A stretch of 64,000 nt of DNA. It comes from a bacterium (GTDB lineage: Bacteria > UBA8248). This document shows, piece after piece, positions 1 to 9,522 of this stretch. Each line of letters begins with the position of its first letter. Position 1 is the first letter of the stretch. The stretch lies in assembly GCA_965213625.1 (NCBI GenBank), contig CBDBZU010000004.1, positions 1,824,001 through 1,888,000 of the forward strand. The letters run 5' to 3'. The notes under the pieces were generated by a model. It did not search any database, had not been told where the DNA came from, and saw only the letters and a program-made list of their open reading frames with translations. The translations under genes and the position numbers were made by a program.

Positions 1-82
1 ACTGGTATGAAGGGGGAATCCAAAAGGCGTCGGGCCGGGTTCCGGCGCGTTTTTTTAGGCCTTGATAATTTAACGGGAGAGG

Positions 83-1216
83 ATGATGGCGGCTTTGGGA
101 GGTGAGAAAAATCCGATTGGACTGGCCATAGTCGGCTGCGGCCGCGTGGGTCGCATTCGCGCGCGCTGCGCCAGGGAGTACCCGGGCACGGAATGGCTCG
201 GCTGCTGCGACATCGACGAGAAAAAGGGCAGGGCGATGGCCGAGGAATTCGGTGCCGATTTTTTCACGACCGATTTCGCCGAGCTCATTAAGCGGCCCGA
301 GGTGAACGCCGTCATCATCGCCACGGACGAGGAATGGCACGCGAAGCCGCTCTCGGAATCGATAGCGCAGGGTCACAAAATACTCGTGGAAAAACCGTTG
401 GCCACGAGCGTGGTGGAATCGGCAAATATCGTGGAGGCGGCGGAGGCTGCGGGCGTGGAGTTGCTCGTGGGCTACACCCAGCGCTTCAGGAGGCGCTGGC
501 TTACGGCGCGCGAGCACGTGCAATCTGGCGTGTTGGGCGAGGTGACCTCCGCGACGACGCGTGCGCTGCTGAACCGCCAGGTCGGCATCACCCGGCTGTC
601 CAAGAACGAGGACCGCTCGATGCTGACGCCCATGGTGATTTCCGGCACCCATGCGCTGGACGTGATGCTGTTCGTGATGGGGCCGGAGAAGAAGCCCGTC
701 GAGGTGGTCTCGCGCTCCATATCGCGGGTGATGACGGGCATCGGCACGCAGGACGCCACCTTCAGTATCTTCACCTTCGACGACGGGACCATCTGGAGCA
801 TGGAGTGCAACTGGGGGATGCCCACTATCTGGCCCGCCTCGACGTACGGCGTGACCATCAGCATGGTGGGAACCGACGGTGCGCTCACCATCGACGACAC
901 CCATGCCGATTTCATCATGGCGTCCGAGAACCCGCTGGCCTCACACCGGGGGGAGGAGCGCCACGTCCACCTGCTCGAAAGCTACCCGGCGGGAGATATG
1001 TCCAAAGGGCAGTTCTGGGGGCCGATGCGCGATGAGTCCATCGCCTGGCTCGCGCACGTCTATACGGGGACGGACATGCCCCACGCCACGGGGGCCGAGG
1101 GCCACCGGAACCTCATGCTCTGCATGGCGTGCGACCTATCCGCCAAGCGAAAGGAAGTCGTGAAGCTGCCCATCGACCCCGAAGAGCTGCACGCGGGGTT
1201 AAAAGCGAGAAACTAG
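83..1216 (+). CDS. Gfo/Idh/MocA family NAD(P)-dependent oxidoreductase
   Basis: N-terminal Rossmann motif IVGCGRVG, LVEKP motif, GYTQRF, GTHALD; GGAGAGG RBS upstream. Confidence 0.9.
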   Translation: MMAALGGEKNPIGLAIVGCGRVGRIRARCAREYPGTEWLGCCDIDEKKGRAMAEEFGADFFTTDFAELIKRPEVNAVIIATDEEWHAKPLSESIAQGHKILVEKPLATSVVESANIVEAAEAAGVELLVGYTQRFRRRWLTAREHVQSGVLGEVTSATTRALLNRQVGITRLSKNEDRSMLTPMVISGTHALDVMLFVMGPEKKPVEVVSRSISRVMTGIGTQDATFSIFTFDDGTIWSMECNWGMPTIWPASTYGVTISMVGTDGALTIDDTHADFIMASENPLASHRGEERHVHLLESYPAGDMSKGQFWGPMRDESIAWLAHVYTGTDMPHATGAEGHRNLMLCMACDLSAKRKEVVKLPIDPEELHAGLKARN

Positions 1217-1221
1217 TCCAT
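1175..1221 (+). repeat. 47-bp direct repeat, left copy
   Basis: GACCCCGAAGAGCTGCACGCGGGGTTAAAAGCGAGAAACTAGTCCAT; 46/47 identical to 2334-2380. Confidence 0.95.
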
Positions 1222-1258
1222 ACAAATGATGTGAATTTCCCTTTGGAGTTAAAGCAGG

Positions 1259-2065
1259 ATGTCGGAACTCGATTTCTTGAAAAACATCGTGAAAACCTTA
1301 GAGCGTTTTTATACAACTCTCGAACGGTCTCCATTGATCGAAGCGCCCCAATGGTTAGAGTCTAGGAAGCAGTATCGTCATGAAAAAAAGCATGCTCGCC
1401 TATTTGTCTACTTGAAGGGAGTTCGTTGGGTCAGCCTATTCAATGCGTCTATTGTCTTACTTGAGGCTGGGCAAGTCCATGAGATAGGGATTCTCTGTCG
1501 ATGCATGAATGAATCTTTTGAAGACATGATGCTATTTATTCCAAGCCTTGGTCCGGATGATAAACAGAAGGAGAAACAGGAGAGAGTTATTAAGGAGTTT
1601 TTCCAAGAGGTTTTTGAGGAAGCATCTGCTCCAATACTTTCAACGACAAAACGAGATAGATTGCCTCGGAAACAAGTGCGTGCGGCCATTGCTTCACTAC
1701 CGGAAAATCCTATCAATCCTCATGATTCTGCTCAAATTTCCGAAACGATCTACAGCACTTTCTCAGGTTATGTCCATGGTGCTTATCCGCATATCATGGA
1801 CTTGTACAGTAAGAATCCACCGCGATATCACATGACGGGGATGCTAGTTACGCAACGCATCCAGGAGTGGGAAAAACAGCTGATTGGATACGCCTATAAT
1901 TGTGTCTTAGGCGCATGGCATGCAGCCGAACAACTCGGCGATGAGAGTGTTGTACAGGAGGCCTTGCTATTGAGGGAAGAAATGGAGATGCGCTATCCAC
2001 ATTTCAAAGGCGACCCCACGAACCTCCTCAGGGAAATGAAGAAAAAGAACTCTGAGCAAAATTGA
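1259..2065 (+). CDS. hypothetical protein (AT-rich, probably foreign; possibly DUF5677-like helical family)
   Basis: 268-aa ORF, visibly AT-richer than flanks, YSTFSGYVHG motif, lies between the 47-bp direct repeats. Confidence 0.7.
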   Translation: MSELDFLKNIVKTLERFYTTLERSPLIEAPQWLESRKQYRHEKKHARLFVYLKGVRWVSLFNASIVLLEAGQVHEIGILCRCMNESFEDMMLFIPSLGPDDKQKEKQERVIKEFFQEVFEEASAPILSTTKRDRLPRKQVRAAIASLPENPINPHDSAQISETIYSTFSGYVHGAYPHIMDLYSKNPPRYHMTGMLVTQRIQEWEKQLIGYAYNCVLGAWHAAEQLGDESVVQEALLLREEMEMRYPHFKGDPTNLLREMKKKNSEQN

Positions 2066-2086
2066 GCAGTAGCGCAATAAATAAAA

Positions 2087-2260
2087 TGACTCCCCCCTTG
2101 AGGGGGTCGGGCTTCCCGAGGGGAAAGCCCGACAGAGGCCGAGCGGTTTATGTGAAGGCCGATGTGGTGGGGGGAGATTTGCTCTTTGGCATGTCCCCCC
2201 ACCGATTCGGTTTCGGGTTTACACCCTCACCTCATCGACTCCCCCTCAAGGGGGGAGTAA
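2087..2260. repeat. MITE/REP-like element with 20-bp terminal inverted repeats
   Basis: TGACTCCCCCCTTGAGGGGG (2087-2106) vs CCCCCTCAAGGGGGGAGTAA (2241-2260), 1 mismatch; partial copies near 2291-2301 and 9246-9259. Confidence 0.75.
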
Positions 2261-2333
2261 TTCTTTTCATTCTCGTCAATAGGCGACGACTCTCAAGGGG
2301 GAAGTGATGTCTCCTTCCTCCTCGGTCGGGTTT

Positions 2334-2380
2334 GACCCCGAGGAGCTGCACGCGGGGTTAAAAGCGAGAAACTAGTCCAT
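2334..2380 (+). repeat. 47-bp direct repeat, right copy
   Basis: GACCCCGAGGAGCTGCACGCGGGGTTAAAAGCGAGAAACTAGTCCAT; contains the cupin stop codon on the minus strand. Confidence 0.95.
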
Positions 2381-2722
2381 CGTCGCGGTCGGCGGGGGCC
2401 AGCCCTCCGATTTGTTCTTGAACGAGAGGTAGATGAAATCGCCGCCGCTCTCGTTTTTGAACTCGTGCTCGGTGCCCTCGGGAACATGGATGATGTCGCC
2501 TGCGGTGACGGTTTTTTCCTCATCCCCCACACGGAACCAGGCGGTTCCCTCGACGACGTTGATGATTTGCTCGCAATCATGCGTGTGCGGGCGGGCCAGC
2601 TTGCCCGGCTGGCTCACCGAACGGTTCAGGGTGACGTGCTCGCCGATGATGATGCTGCCCTCTGAGTCTGACGGCCTCGCCAGATTTTTTCGCTTCATTT
2701 CATCCCAACGGTAAAACGGCAT
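2372..2722 (-). CDS. cupin domain protein
   Basis: PHTHDCEQ and HVPEGTEH cupin metal-binding motifs; AAGGAG RBS. Confidence 0.85.
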   Translation of the reverse strand: MPFYRWDEMKRKNLARPSDSEGSIIIGEHVTLNRSVSQPGKLARPHTHDCEQIINVVEGTAWFRVGDEEKTVTAGDIIHVPEGTEHEFKNESGGDFIYLSFKNKSEGWPPPTATMD

Positions 2723-2807
2723 GTTCCGGCTCCTTGTTAAAAAAGCGGTTTTTTCGGGTTGTTCCAGATTGTGAAACAGAAAACGCTCGCGTGACGTCTA
2801 AGTTTCA

Positions 2808-2837
2808 TTGACAGCGAAACGCTCCCGTCTGTAAGAT
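2808..2837 (+). promoter_or_regulatory. putative sigma70 promoter of the TAXI-TRAP operon
   Basis: TTGACA-N18-TAAGAT. Confidence 0.5.
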
Positions 2838-2976
2838 TCAGGCCCAAGCATACAGAAAAGTGCGCTCATTGAGAACGCGGCGAGAGAGTTCGTTCTCGCC
2901 GGGGCGCTTCTCGATGAGCGGGAGTCTTCGAACCACTTCATCGAAGTTTTACTTCACTTCATCAGGGAGAGGAAAA

Positions 2977-3960
2977 ATGAAGAGAATCGTCATGATGTTC
3001 GGAATTCTGGCTCTGACCCTGCCGTTCTTGACGGTGGGCGACGCCTACGCAGCGCCCGCGAAATACGACCTCGCGGTCGGCAGCCTTGGCGGTACGATGG
3101 GCAGGCTGGGCGCCGGCCTCAGCGAAATCGTCAACAGGAAACAAAATAAGATCATCCTCAACGTGACGCCCGGCGGCGGGCGCGCAAACCCGGCCCGTGT
3201 GGGTGGGGGAGGCGCCGACTTCGGCTATTCGTTCTCGAACTTTGCGGGCGCGGCGATGGCCGGAAAGATCCCCTTCAAGAAGTCCTACAAGAACCTCCGG
3301 GGGATCGCCGCATTCTGGGATTCATGCTACCACCAGTACGCCGCCAAGGAGCAGTATGACGCAGGCATCAAGACCTGGGGCGACATCATCAAGTCGAAAA
3401 AGCCGCTCAAGCTGGCCCCGGCCAAGAAGGGAACCAGCACGGAGTACATCGCGAGCATGATCGTCAAGCACTACGGCTCGAGCTACAAGGAGCTAAACAA
3501 GCGCGGCTACAAACTCACCTTCCCGGGCGCGGGCGGCATGTCGCGCGCGATCAGGGCGCGCCAGATCGATTTCTACTTCCACAACTCGGGCGACCCCAAC
3601 GGCGCCGGCATCCAGGCGGCCCTGGGCCGGAACATCGTGTTCCTGGACATGGCGGATGACGTGAAGAAGCTGCTGGCGGGCCACGGTTTCACGCCCTGCC
3701 AGATTCCGGGCGGCATATATAAGGGCAACCCCAATCCCAAGGACTCGATGGGGCTTTCAGGCGTCTTGTTCACCACGACCAAGATGAGCGCCGACGTGGT
3801 CTACTCGATCCTCAAGATAGCGAAAGACGAGCAGAAGTACCTCGGGGGCGTCCACAAGATCTACAAGAGATGGGACCCCAAGAAGGCGGGCAAGAACGTC
3901 GGGATACCCCTGCATGAGGGCGCCAAGCGGTTCTACAAGGAAGTCGGGGGTTCGATGTAA
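2977..3960 (+). CDS. TAXI family TRAP transporter solute-binding protein
   Basis: Signal peptide; GSLGGT, IPGGIYKG and GIPLHEGAKRFYKE motifs; start placed at ATG 2977 after GGAGAGG. Confidence 0.9.
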   Translation: MKRIVMMFGILALTLPFLTVGDAYAAPAKYDLAVGSLGGTMGRLGAGLSEIVNRKQNKIILNVTPGGGRANPARVGGGGADFGYSFSNFAGAAMAGKIPFKKSYKNLRGIAAFWDSCYHQYAAKEQYDAGIKTWGDIIKSKKPLKLAPAKKGTSTEYIASMIVKHYGSSYKELNKRGYKLTFPGAGGMSRAIRARQIDFYFHNSGDPNGAGIQAALGRNIVFLDMADDVKKLLAGHGFTPCQIPGGIYKGNPNPKDSMGLSGVLFTTTKMSADVVYSILKIAKDEQKYLGGVHKIYKRWDPKKAGKNVGIPLHEGAKRFYKEVGGSM

Positions 3961-3984
3961 CCATCCCGGGGAAGAGGCGAGAGC

Positions 3985-5958
3985 GTGAACGATATACAGG
4001 AAAGAACCCCTCTGAATTGGCTCGTCCTGGCGATAGCGGTCGGGATGTCCGTCTATCATATCCAGATAGCCTACACGGGAGGGTATGAGCCGCTGTACCA
4101 GAGGGCGCTCTCGTATCTGTTCGGTATGACCCTGATATTCATCATCTACCGGAAACCCGCAGGAGGCGGGTGGCGCGCCGTTGTTACGGCCGCCGTCTGC
4201 CTCCTGACGGTCTCCTCCATCGCCTACCCGATACTCTATACCGATTATTTTCTGGATCGCCTGTATTACGTCGACCCGCTCGAACCCATAGATTTGTTCC
4301 TGGGCACGGTGGTTATGCTGCTTACCTGGGAGGCGGCGCGCAGGACCATCAATCTGGCGTTGCCGCTGATATCGTTATTCTTCTTCGTGTATTCGTATTT
4401 CGGCCCCTATTTCCCCGGGTATCTGGCGCACAAGGGGGCCTCCTATATGCACATTATCGATCACCAGTACTTCACCTACGACGGCCTGTGGACGGCGCCA
4501 TTGAGCGTTTTTTCGGTCTATATCTTCCTGTTCATCCTCTTCGGCGCGTTTTTGGATCGCATGGGGGCTGCGGATTTCTACGTGAAACTCTCCGTGTCGA
4601 TCGCCGGCAGGCTGCGCGGCGGGCCGGCGAAGGCCGCGGTTTTCGCCAGCGCCATGACTGGCACCATCATGGGCAGCGCGAATGCGAACGTGGTCACCAC
4701 GGGTTCGTTCACCATCCCGATGATGAAGCGCACAGGCTTCAAGCCCGAGACGGCGGCGGCCATCGAGACGGCGGCCTCCACGGGCGGGCAGATCATGCCG
4801 CCCGTCATGGGGGCGTCGGCGTTTTTGATCGTGGAGTTCACGGGCATATCGTATTGGGAGATCGTGAAGGTTTCGATTCTGCCGGCCGTTTTGTACTTCT
4901 TCTCCGTCTACGCGACCGTGCATTTGGAAGCGAGAAAAGAAGGCCTGGTCGGCATGCCCAGAGAGTTGATACCCCCTCTGGGACCCATCATGAAGGACGG
5001 GTGGTTCTACCTCCTGCCCCCTATCGTGATTCTGGCGATCCTCATGACGGGCCGAACCGTGCCCTTGGCGGGGCTCGCCGGCATTCTCTCCGTCGTGCTC
5101 CTGGCCGGACTCAAGGGCGCCCTCGTCTTGCTGGAAAAAGCAAGAAGAGAGGGCACGAGTCTTGTGGAAGTCGTGAGCGAAGTGGGCCGCGGGCTTTGGA
5201 ACATCGTACTGGCGCTCGAGAAGGGAGCGATCCAGTCGCTGCCCATCTGCGCAGCGGTAGGCGCGGTGGGCATCATCATGGGAGCGTTGTTCCAGACCGG
5301 CTTAGGGCTGAAGTTCTCTTCCCTGGTCACGAACATGGCGAACGACAGCCTGTTTTTCGGCATCCTCCTGGTGGGTATCGCTTCTTTCGTGCTCGGCATG
5401 GGGCTGCCGACGAGCGCGGCCTACATCGTCCTGTCTGTCATGGCCGTGCCTGCGCTCCTGGAACTCGGAGAGCCGTTCAAGCTCTCGTTGCTCGGCGCGC
5501 ATCTCATCGTGTTCTGGTACAGCCTGGACAGTTGCTTTACGCCCCCTGTATGTGTGCCCGCCTATACGGCGGCGGGCATCGCGGACGCCAACCCGGCGAA
5601 GGCCGCCTGGGCATCTTTCCGCACGGCGAAGGGCATGTATATCGTGCCCCTGATGTTTGCCTTCACCCCGATTCTGCTGATCCGCCAGCCCTGGCTTTCA
5701 CTCGAGACTTTCGCCGCAGGGCTTCTCGGCTTCCAGGCGTTGGCCGCCGGCATGGTCGGGTTCATGTATTTCCGCTTCTCGACCCCGATGCGCGGGTACC
5801 TGTTCCTGGCGGCGGGCCTTCTGTTCTGGCCGGGCTACCTGAACCACCTGGTGGGCGCGATTATGCTGGGTGCGGTGTTCATCCTGCAGAGAAGACGCCT
5901 CGCCGAGGAGGGAGAGCCCACGCCAACCCCCGTGGCCGGAGGGGCCGCTTCCGCATAG
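3985..5958 (+). CDS. TRAP transporter fused 4TM/12TM permease
   Basis: RGGPAKAAV, ASTGGQIMPPVMG, LGMGLPT and TPPV motifs; multiple TM segments. Confidence 0.92.
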   Translation: MNDIQERTPLNWLVLAIAVGMSVYHIQIAYTGGYEPLYQRALSYLFGMTLIFIIYRKPAGGGWRAVVTAAVCLLTVSSIAYPILYTDYFLDRLYYVDPLEPIDLFLGTVVMLLTWEAARRTINLALPLISLFFFVYSYFGPYFPGYLAHKGASYMHIIDHQYFTYDGLWTAPLSVFSVYIFLFILFGAFLDRMGAADFYVKLSVSIAGRLRGGPAKAAVFASAMTGTIMGSANANVVTTGSFTIPMMKRTGFKPETAAAIETAASTGGQIMPPVMGASAFLIVEFTGISYWEIVKVSILPAVLYFFSVYATVHLEARKEGLVGMPRELIPPLGPIMKDGWFYLLPPIVILAILMTGRTVPLAGLAGILSVVLLAGLKGALVLLEKARREGTSLVEVVSEVGRGLWNIVLALEKGAIQSLPICAAVGAVGIIMGALFQTGLGLKFSSLVTNMANDSLFFGILLVGIASFVLGMGLPTSAAYIVLSVMAVPALLELGEPFKLSLLGAHLIVFWYSLDSCFTPPVCVPAYTAAGIADANPAKAAWASFRTAKGMYIVPLMFAFTPILLIRQPWLSLETFAAGLLGFQALAAGMVGFMYFRFSTPMRGYLFLAAGLLFWPGYLNHLVGAIMLGAVFILQRRRLAEEGEPTPTPVAGGAASA

Positions 5959-6128
5959 GGAATTTGCCGATTTGATGGCCGCTTGGCGGCTGTTTGATTC
6001 GCATGAAGTCGGGTGGATTCTCCATCATCCTCTGATTTTGATTCCGCTCGCGCGGGGGTAGTTTCTCCCATCCTTCTACCGGACGGACGCTTCCACTATT
6101 CAGGCAGACCGCAGGGGAGGGTTTTCTC

Positions 6129-7352
6129 ATAGAAGAAAGAGCGATCGACCGGATCGACGAATCCCGGGGAGCGCACTATGAACCATACGGCTGGCACCAC
6201 TGGCCCGAGCACCCCTGGATGTCCTATCAGTTCCGCCGTGCCCTGGGCGAGACCCAGGAGGGCGGCGGCTCGGTGAGCGAGTGTTTTCAGGCCGCGAGCC
6301 GCATGAAGCCCGGCGACAACGAGAGCTGGTACGCCGAGTGGACGCGCGTGGGCGATCGAAACCGCGAGCGCGGGGATGGGGCCGCCGCCGCGGGGCGCAT
6401 CCAGACGGCGCGCAACTGCTGGCTGCGCGCGGCGGATTACTACCGGAGCGCGGAATTCTGGCTCGAATCGGACGACCCGCGCAGATTCGAGACCTTCGAG
6501 AAGGTGGAGGCGTGTTCCAGGGCGTTTTTGAGCCACATCACACCTCCCGGCGAGGTGGTGCAGGTCCCCTATGAGAACGGCGCGCATCTGGACGCCTATT
6601 TCGTGCCTGCGCCTTTTCGCGTGGATAGGCAGCCCGCCGTCATCAGCTTCGGCGGCCTGGACGCCTATAAAGATGAGATGTGGTTCATGGCGGGGCGGGG
6701 GTTCCTGCAGCGCGGAATATCGGTCTTGATGATCGACGGCCCAGGCCAGGGTGGAACGCTGACAAGAGGAGGCATTACCAGCCGCCACGACTATGAGGCG
6801 CCCGTGGGCCGCTGCATCGACTATCTGGAGGCGAGGGGAGACGTGGACGCCTCGCGGGTCGCTGTCTGCGGCGGGGGAATCGGGGGCCATTTCGCCGCCC
6901 GGGCTGCCTGCTACGAGCACAGGCTCGCCGCCGCGCTCTCCCACACTGCCGGGTGGAGCCTGCAGGACTTGTGGCGCGATGCGGGCGAGGATCACCGCCT
7001 GGCCGATTCCATCAAGTGGGTATTCGGGGCCGCGAGCGTAGAGGAAGCCGTGGAGAAGCTTGCGCCCTTCACGCTGGAAGGGCACATCGGGCGCATGAAG
7101 TGTCCCTACCTCATCGTCCACGGGGGCTACGACGTGCTCGGCGTGGCCCAGGCGCGCAGGGTGTATGATGCCGCCAAGGCCGCGGGGGTGGACGTGACGC
7201 TCAGGCTCGTCGATGAGGAGGAGACGGGCGCCGACCACTGTCAGCACGACAACCCCACCATCGGCCAGGAGATTTTGGCCGACTGGCTGGCCGGGGTGTT
7301 CGGGATAGACGAGCGTGAATTGATGTCAAAAACCATAACGCCGATGCTTTAG
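6129..7352 (+). CDS. alpha/beta-hydrolase fold protein (2,6-dihydroxypseudooxynicotine hydrolase-like); start uncertain (ATA 6129 or ATG 6219); nucleophile Ser absent
   Basis: WLRAADYYRSAEF, GGLDAYKDE, DGPGQG and GADHCQ motifs; frame open back to ATA 6129, 8 nt after GGAGG; elbow reads CGGGIGG. Confidence 0.75.
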   Translation: MEERAIDRIDESRGAHYEPYGWHHWPEHPWMSYQFRRALGETQEGGGSVSECFQAASRMKPGDNESWYAEWTRVGDRNRERGDGAAAAGRIQTARNCWLRAADYYRSAEFWLESDDPRRFETFEKVEACSRAFLSHITPPGEVVQVPYENGAHLDAYFVPAPFRVDRQPAVISFGGLDAYKDEMWFMAGRGFLQRGISVLMIDGPGQGGTLTRGGITSRHDYEAPVGRCIDYLEARGDVDASRVAVCGGGIGGHFAARAACYEHRLAAALSHTAGWSLQDLWRDAGEDHRLADSIKWVFGAASVEEAVEKLAPFTLEGHIGRMKCPYLIVHGGYDVLGVAQARRVYDAAKAAGVDVTLRLVDEEETGADHCQHDNPTIGQEILADWLAGVFGIDERELMSKTITPML

Positions 7353-7401
7353 TCGGATCGCCGAGCCGGAAGAGACTAGCTTCGTAAGAGGAGAAAGAAA
7401 G

Positions 7402-8241
7402 GTGGCCGTCATTTTGAATGAAGATTCCATCCAGGGCATTTCCTTGGGAGATGGCGTTACATGCCAGACGCTGCTGGATGTGGAGAAAACCGGGAACAAT
7501 CACCTGATCGTAGAAAAATGGACGCTTGCGCAGGGCGCCCGCAAGGACGTCGAAATCCCCGGCGAGAATCTGGCGTGGATCCAGATTATGGGAGGCGAAG
7601 CTCGTCTTTCTGGTTCTGCAGGCGCATTCACTCTAGCGGATACGAGCGTGGCGTTTTTCCCGCCCGGCTTCAGCGGCGCGCTGGAGTGCGAGGTGGGGGC
7701 ATCAGCTTTGTAATGCGAGGTTCCCGACGCCGAACGCTTCGATGCGAGGTTCCTCTCCGATCCGCCCGGCTTCAGGGTGCTGGACTGGAGCGGCGAACCC
7801 GTTTTGAAATCCGAGCACGACGCCAGAAGCCGCATTTACCTCGTGACCCCCAACCTTTTCGGCACGAAGGTCATCAAGGGGGAGATGATCATCTATCCAC
7901 CGGGAACCGTCGCCTCGAGCCACCACCACGAGGGGGCGGATCATTTCATGTACGTGAAACACGGCGCGGGCGTCGTGTACGTGAACGAAGAGCCGCATCG
8001 CGTCCGTGCGGGCGATATCCTGTATTACTACGAGATGGAGCGCCATTATCTGGAAAACGACGGGGACGAAACCCTGGTTTTCAGCGAGTTTTTCGTGCCC
8101 GCGGAACACACGACCATATGGACGGATGAGAGCCTGATCTGCGCCTGGCTGCCCACCGGTAGAAACATCAACGGGGGAAAACCCGTTCGGGAGATCAAGG
8201 CGCACTCCTCAGCCCACGTCGAAAATCCGGTCGACGTATGA
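7402..8241 (+). pseudogene. bicupin protein interrupted by an in-frame TAA
   Basis: ORFs 7402-7713 and 7777-8241 share a frame, separated only by TAA at 7711-7713; C-terminal half has cupin motif HHHEGADH. Confidence 0.75.
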
Positions 8242-8312
8242 TGAAGAATGAATAGTAATTTTGAGCGCGCGGGCTGCTGAGGCGCTCGCGCCGATTCTGT
8301 GAGGAGGTTCAC

Positions 8313-9215
8313 GTGAGAATCACGCTGCTTGAGAATTTCAGGGCCGTTTTCTACACGCCGTTCTACGCCGCTTTCTCGCTGGGGGCCTATGAGGAGGAGG
8401 GCGTGGACGTTCGTATCGAAACCTCGCCCGATCCCGCCCGGAACGCGGAGTTGCTCATGTCCGGCGAGGCGCAGGTGAGCTGGGGCGGGCCCATGCGCGT
8501 CATGGTGGCGTACGACAAGAATCCCGAGTGCGACCTCAAGGTGTTCTGCGAGGTCGTCTGCCGTGACCCGTTTTTCTTGATCGGGCGCGAGCCGACGCGC
8601 GAGTTCCGGATGGGCGAGCTGATGGGACCCAAAATCGCCACGGTGAGCGAGGTGCCCACCCCCTGGATGTGCCTGCAGCACGATTTGCAATTGGCGGGAC
8701 TGGACCCGGCGGCGCTGGAGAGAATCCCGGACCGGACGATGGGCGAAAACGCGGACGCACTGCGCGCGGGAGATGTGGACATCATCCAGGTGTTTCAGCC
8801 CTTTGCGGAGGAGTTGATCCGGGAAGGCACGGGCCACATATGGTATCAAGCGGCTGACCGCGGCCTCACGACCTATACGGCGTTCTACGCGCCCGCCTCG
8901 TTCCTGCGGGAGAGTCCTGAGTCCGCCCTTGGCATGACGCGCGCCATGGCGAAAGCAGAGCAATGGCTCGCAGAGAACGATGCCGAAGCCGTCGCCCGGC
9001 TGGTGAAGTCCTGGTTCGAGGAGATGGACTCAGCGCTTCTGACGGCGGCCATTGAGCGCTACAAGAGCATCGGCCTTTGGAACCGGAACCCCCGCCTCGC
9101 GAAGGAGAGCTTCGAGTGGCTCAGGGACGCGTGCCTGAGCGGCGGGCTGATCTCCACGGGCGTCTCATACGAGCAGGCGGTGGACATGCGTTTTGTGGAG
9201 CAGGCGATGGCGTAG
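8313..9215 (+). CDS. NMT1/THI5 (SsuA/TauA-like) ABC transporter substrate-binding protein
   Basis: ENFRAVFYTPFY start, EEGVDV, GDVDIIQVFQP; GAGGAGG RBS; no clear signal peptide. Confidence 0.8.
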   Translation: MRITLLENFRAVFYTPFYAAFSLGAYEEEGVDVRIETSPDPARNAELLMSGEAQVSWGGPMRVMVAYDKNPECDLKVFCEVVCRDPFFLIGREPTREFRMGELMGPKIATVSEVPTPWMCLQHDLQLAGLDPAALERIPDRTMGENADALRAGDVDIIQVFQPFAEELIREGTGHIWYQAADRGLTTYTAFYAPASFLRESPESALGMTRAMAKAEQWLAENDAEAVARLVKSWFEEMDSALLTAAIERYKSIGLWNRNPRLAKESFEWLRDACLSGGLISTGVSYEQAVDMRFVEQAMA

Positions 9216-9326
9216 GGGTAGGTTCTCCGACTTTGGTTAGATTTTACTCCCCCCTTGAGATATTTTGCCGACTAGGTAGAGAAATGGAATCACTCCCCCT
9301 TTGATGAGTTGTTGACCCCCCCTCCG

Positions 9327-9443
9327 CCTCATCCTGAGTAGCGGCGAAGCCGCGTATCGAAGGATGCCCTCTCGCACCGGCGCGAGGCGTTCGACTCCCC
9401 TCGCCCTTCGATACGCCGCCTTCGGCGGCTATTCAGGGTGAGG
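9327..9443. repeat. inverted pair of palindromic REP-like units
   Basis: CCTCATCCTGAGTAGC-hairpin-GTATCGAAGG (9327-9363) and its inverse CCTTCGATACG-hairpin-CTATTCAGGGTGAGG (9405-9443). Confidence 0.85.
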
Positions 9444-9499
9444 AAAGAGGCGTTGGCGGTTTGCGGGGGTCGCAGACGGGGCTTTTTTTAACAACCCCC

Positions 9500-9522
9500 G
9501 TAGGGGACAGGTCGCGACCTGT
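9500..9522 (+). repeat. GTAG-type REP (partial)
   Basis: GTAGGGGACAGGTCGCGACCTGT, same family as 12925-12952. Confidence 0.7.

Noticed and set aside
4170-5975. Long alternative-frame and antisense ORFs (e.g. 4170-5975, 19184-20659, 53112-54581, 58343-59863)
   Set aside because: They shadow well-supported genes and have the Arg/Gly/Ala-rich or antisense composition typical of high-GC artefacts
7711-7713. Stop-codon recoding (Sec/Pyl)
   Set aside because: The codon is TAA, not TGA or TAG
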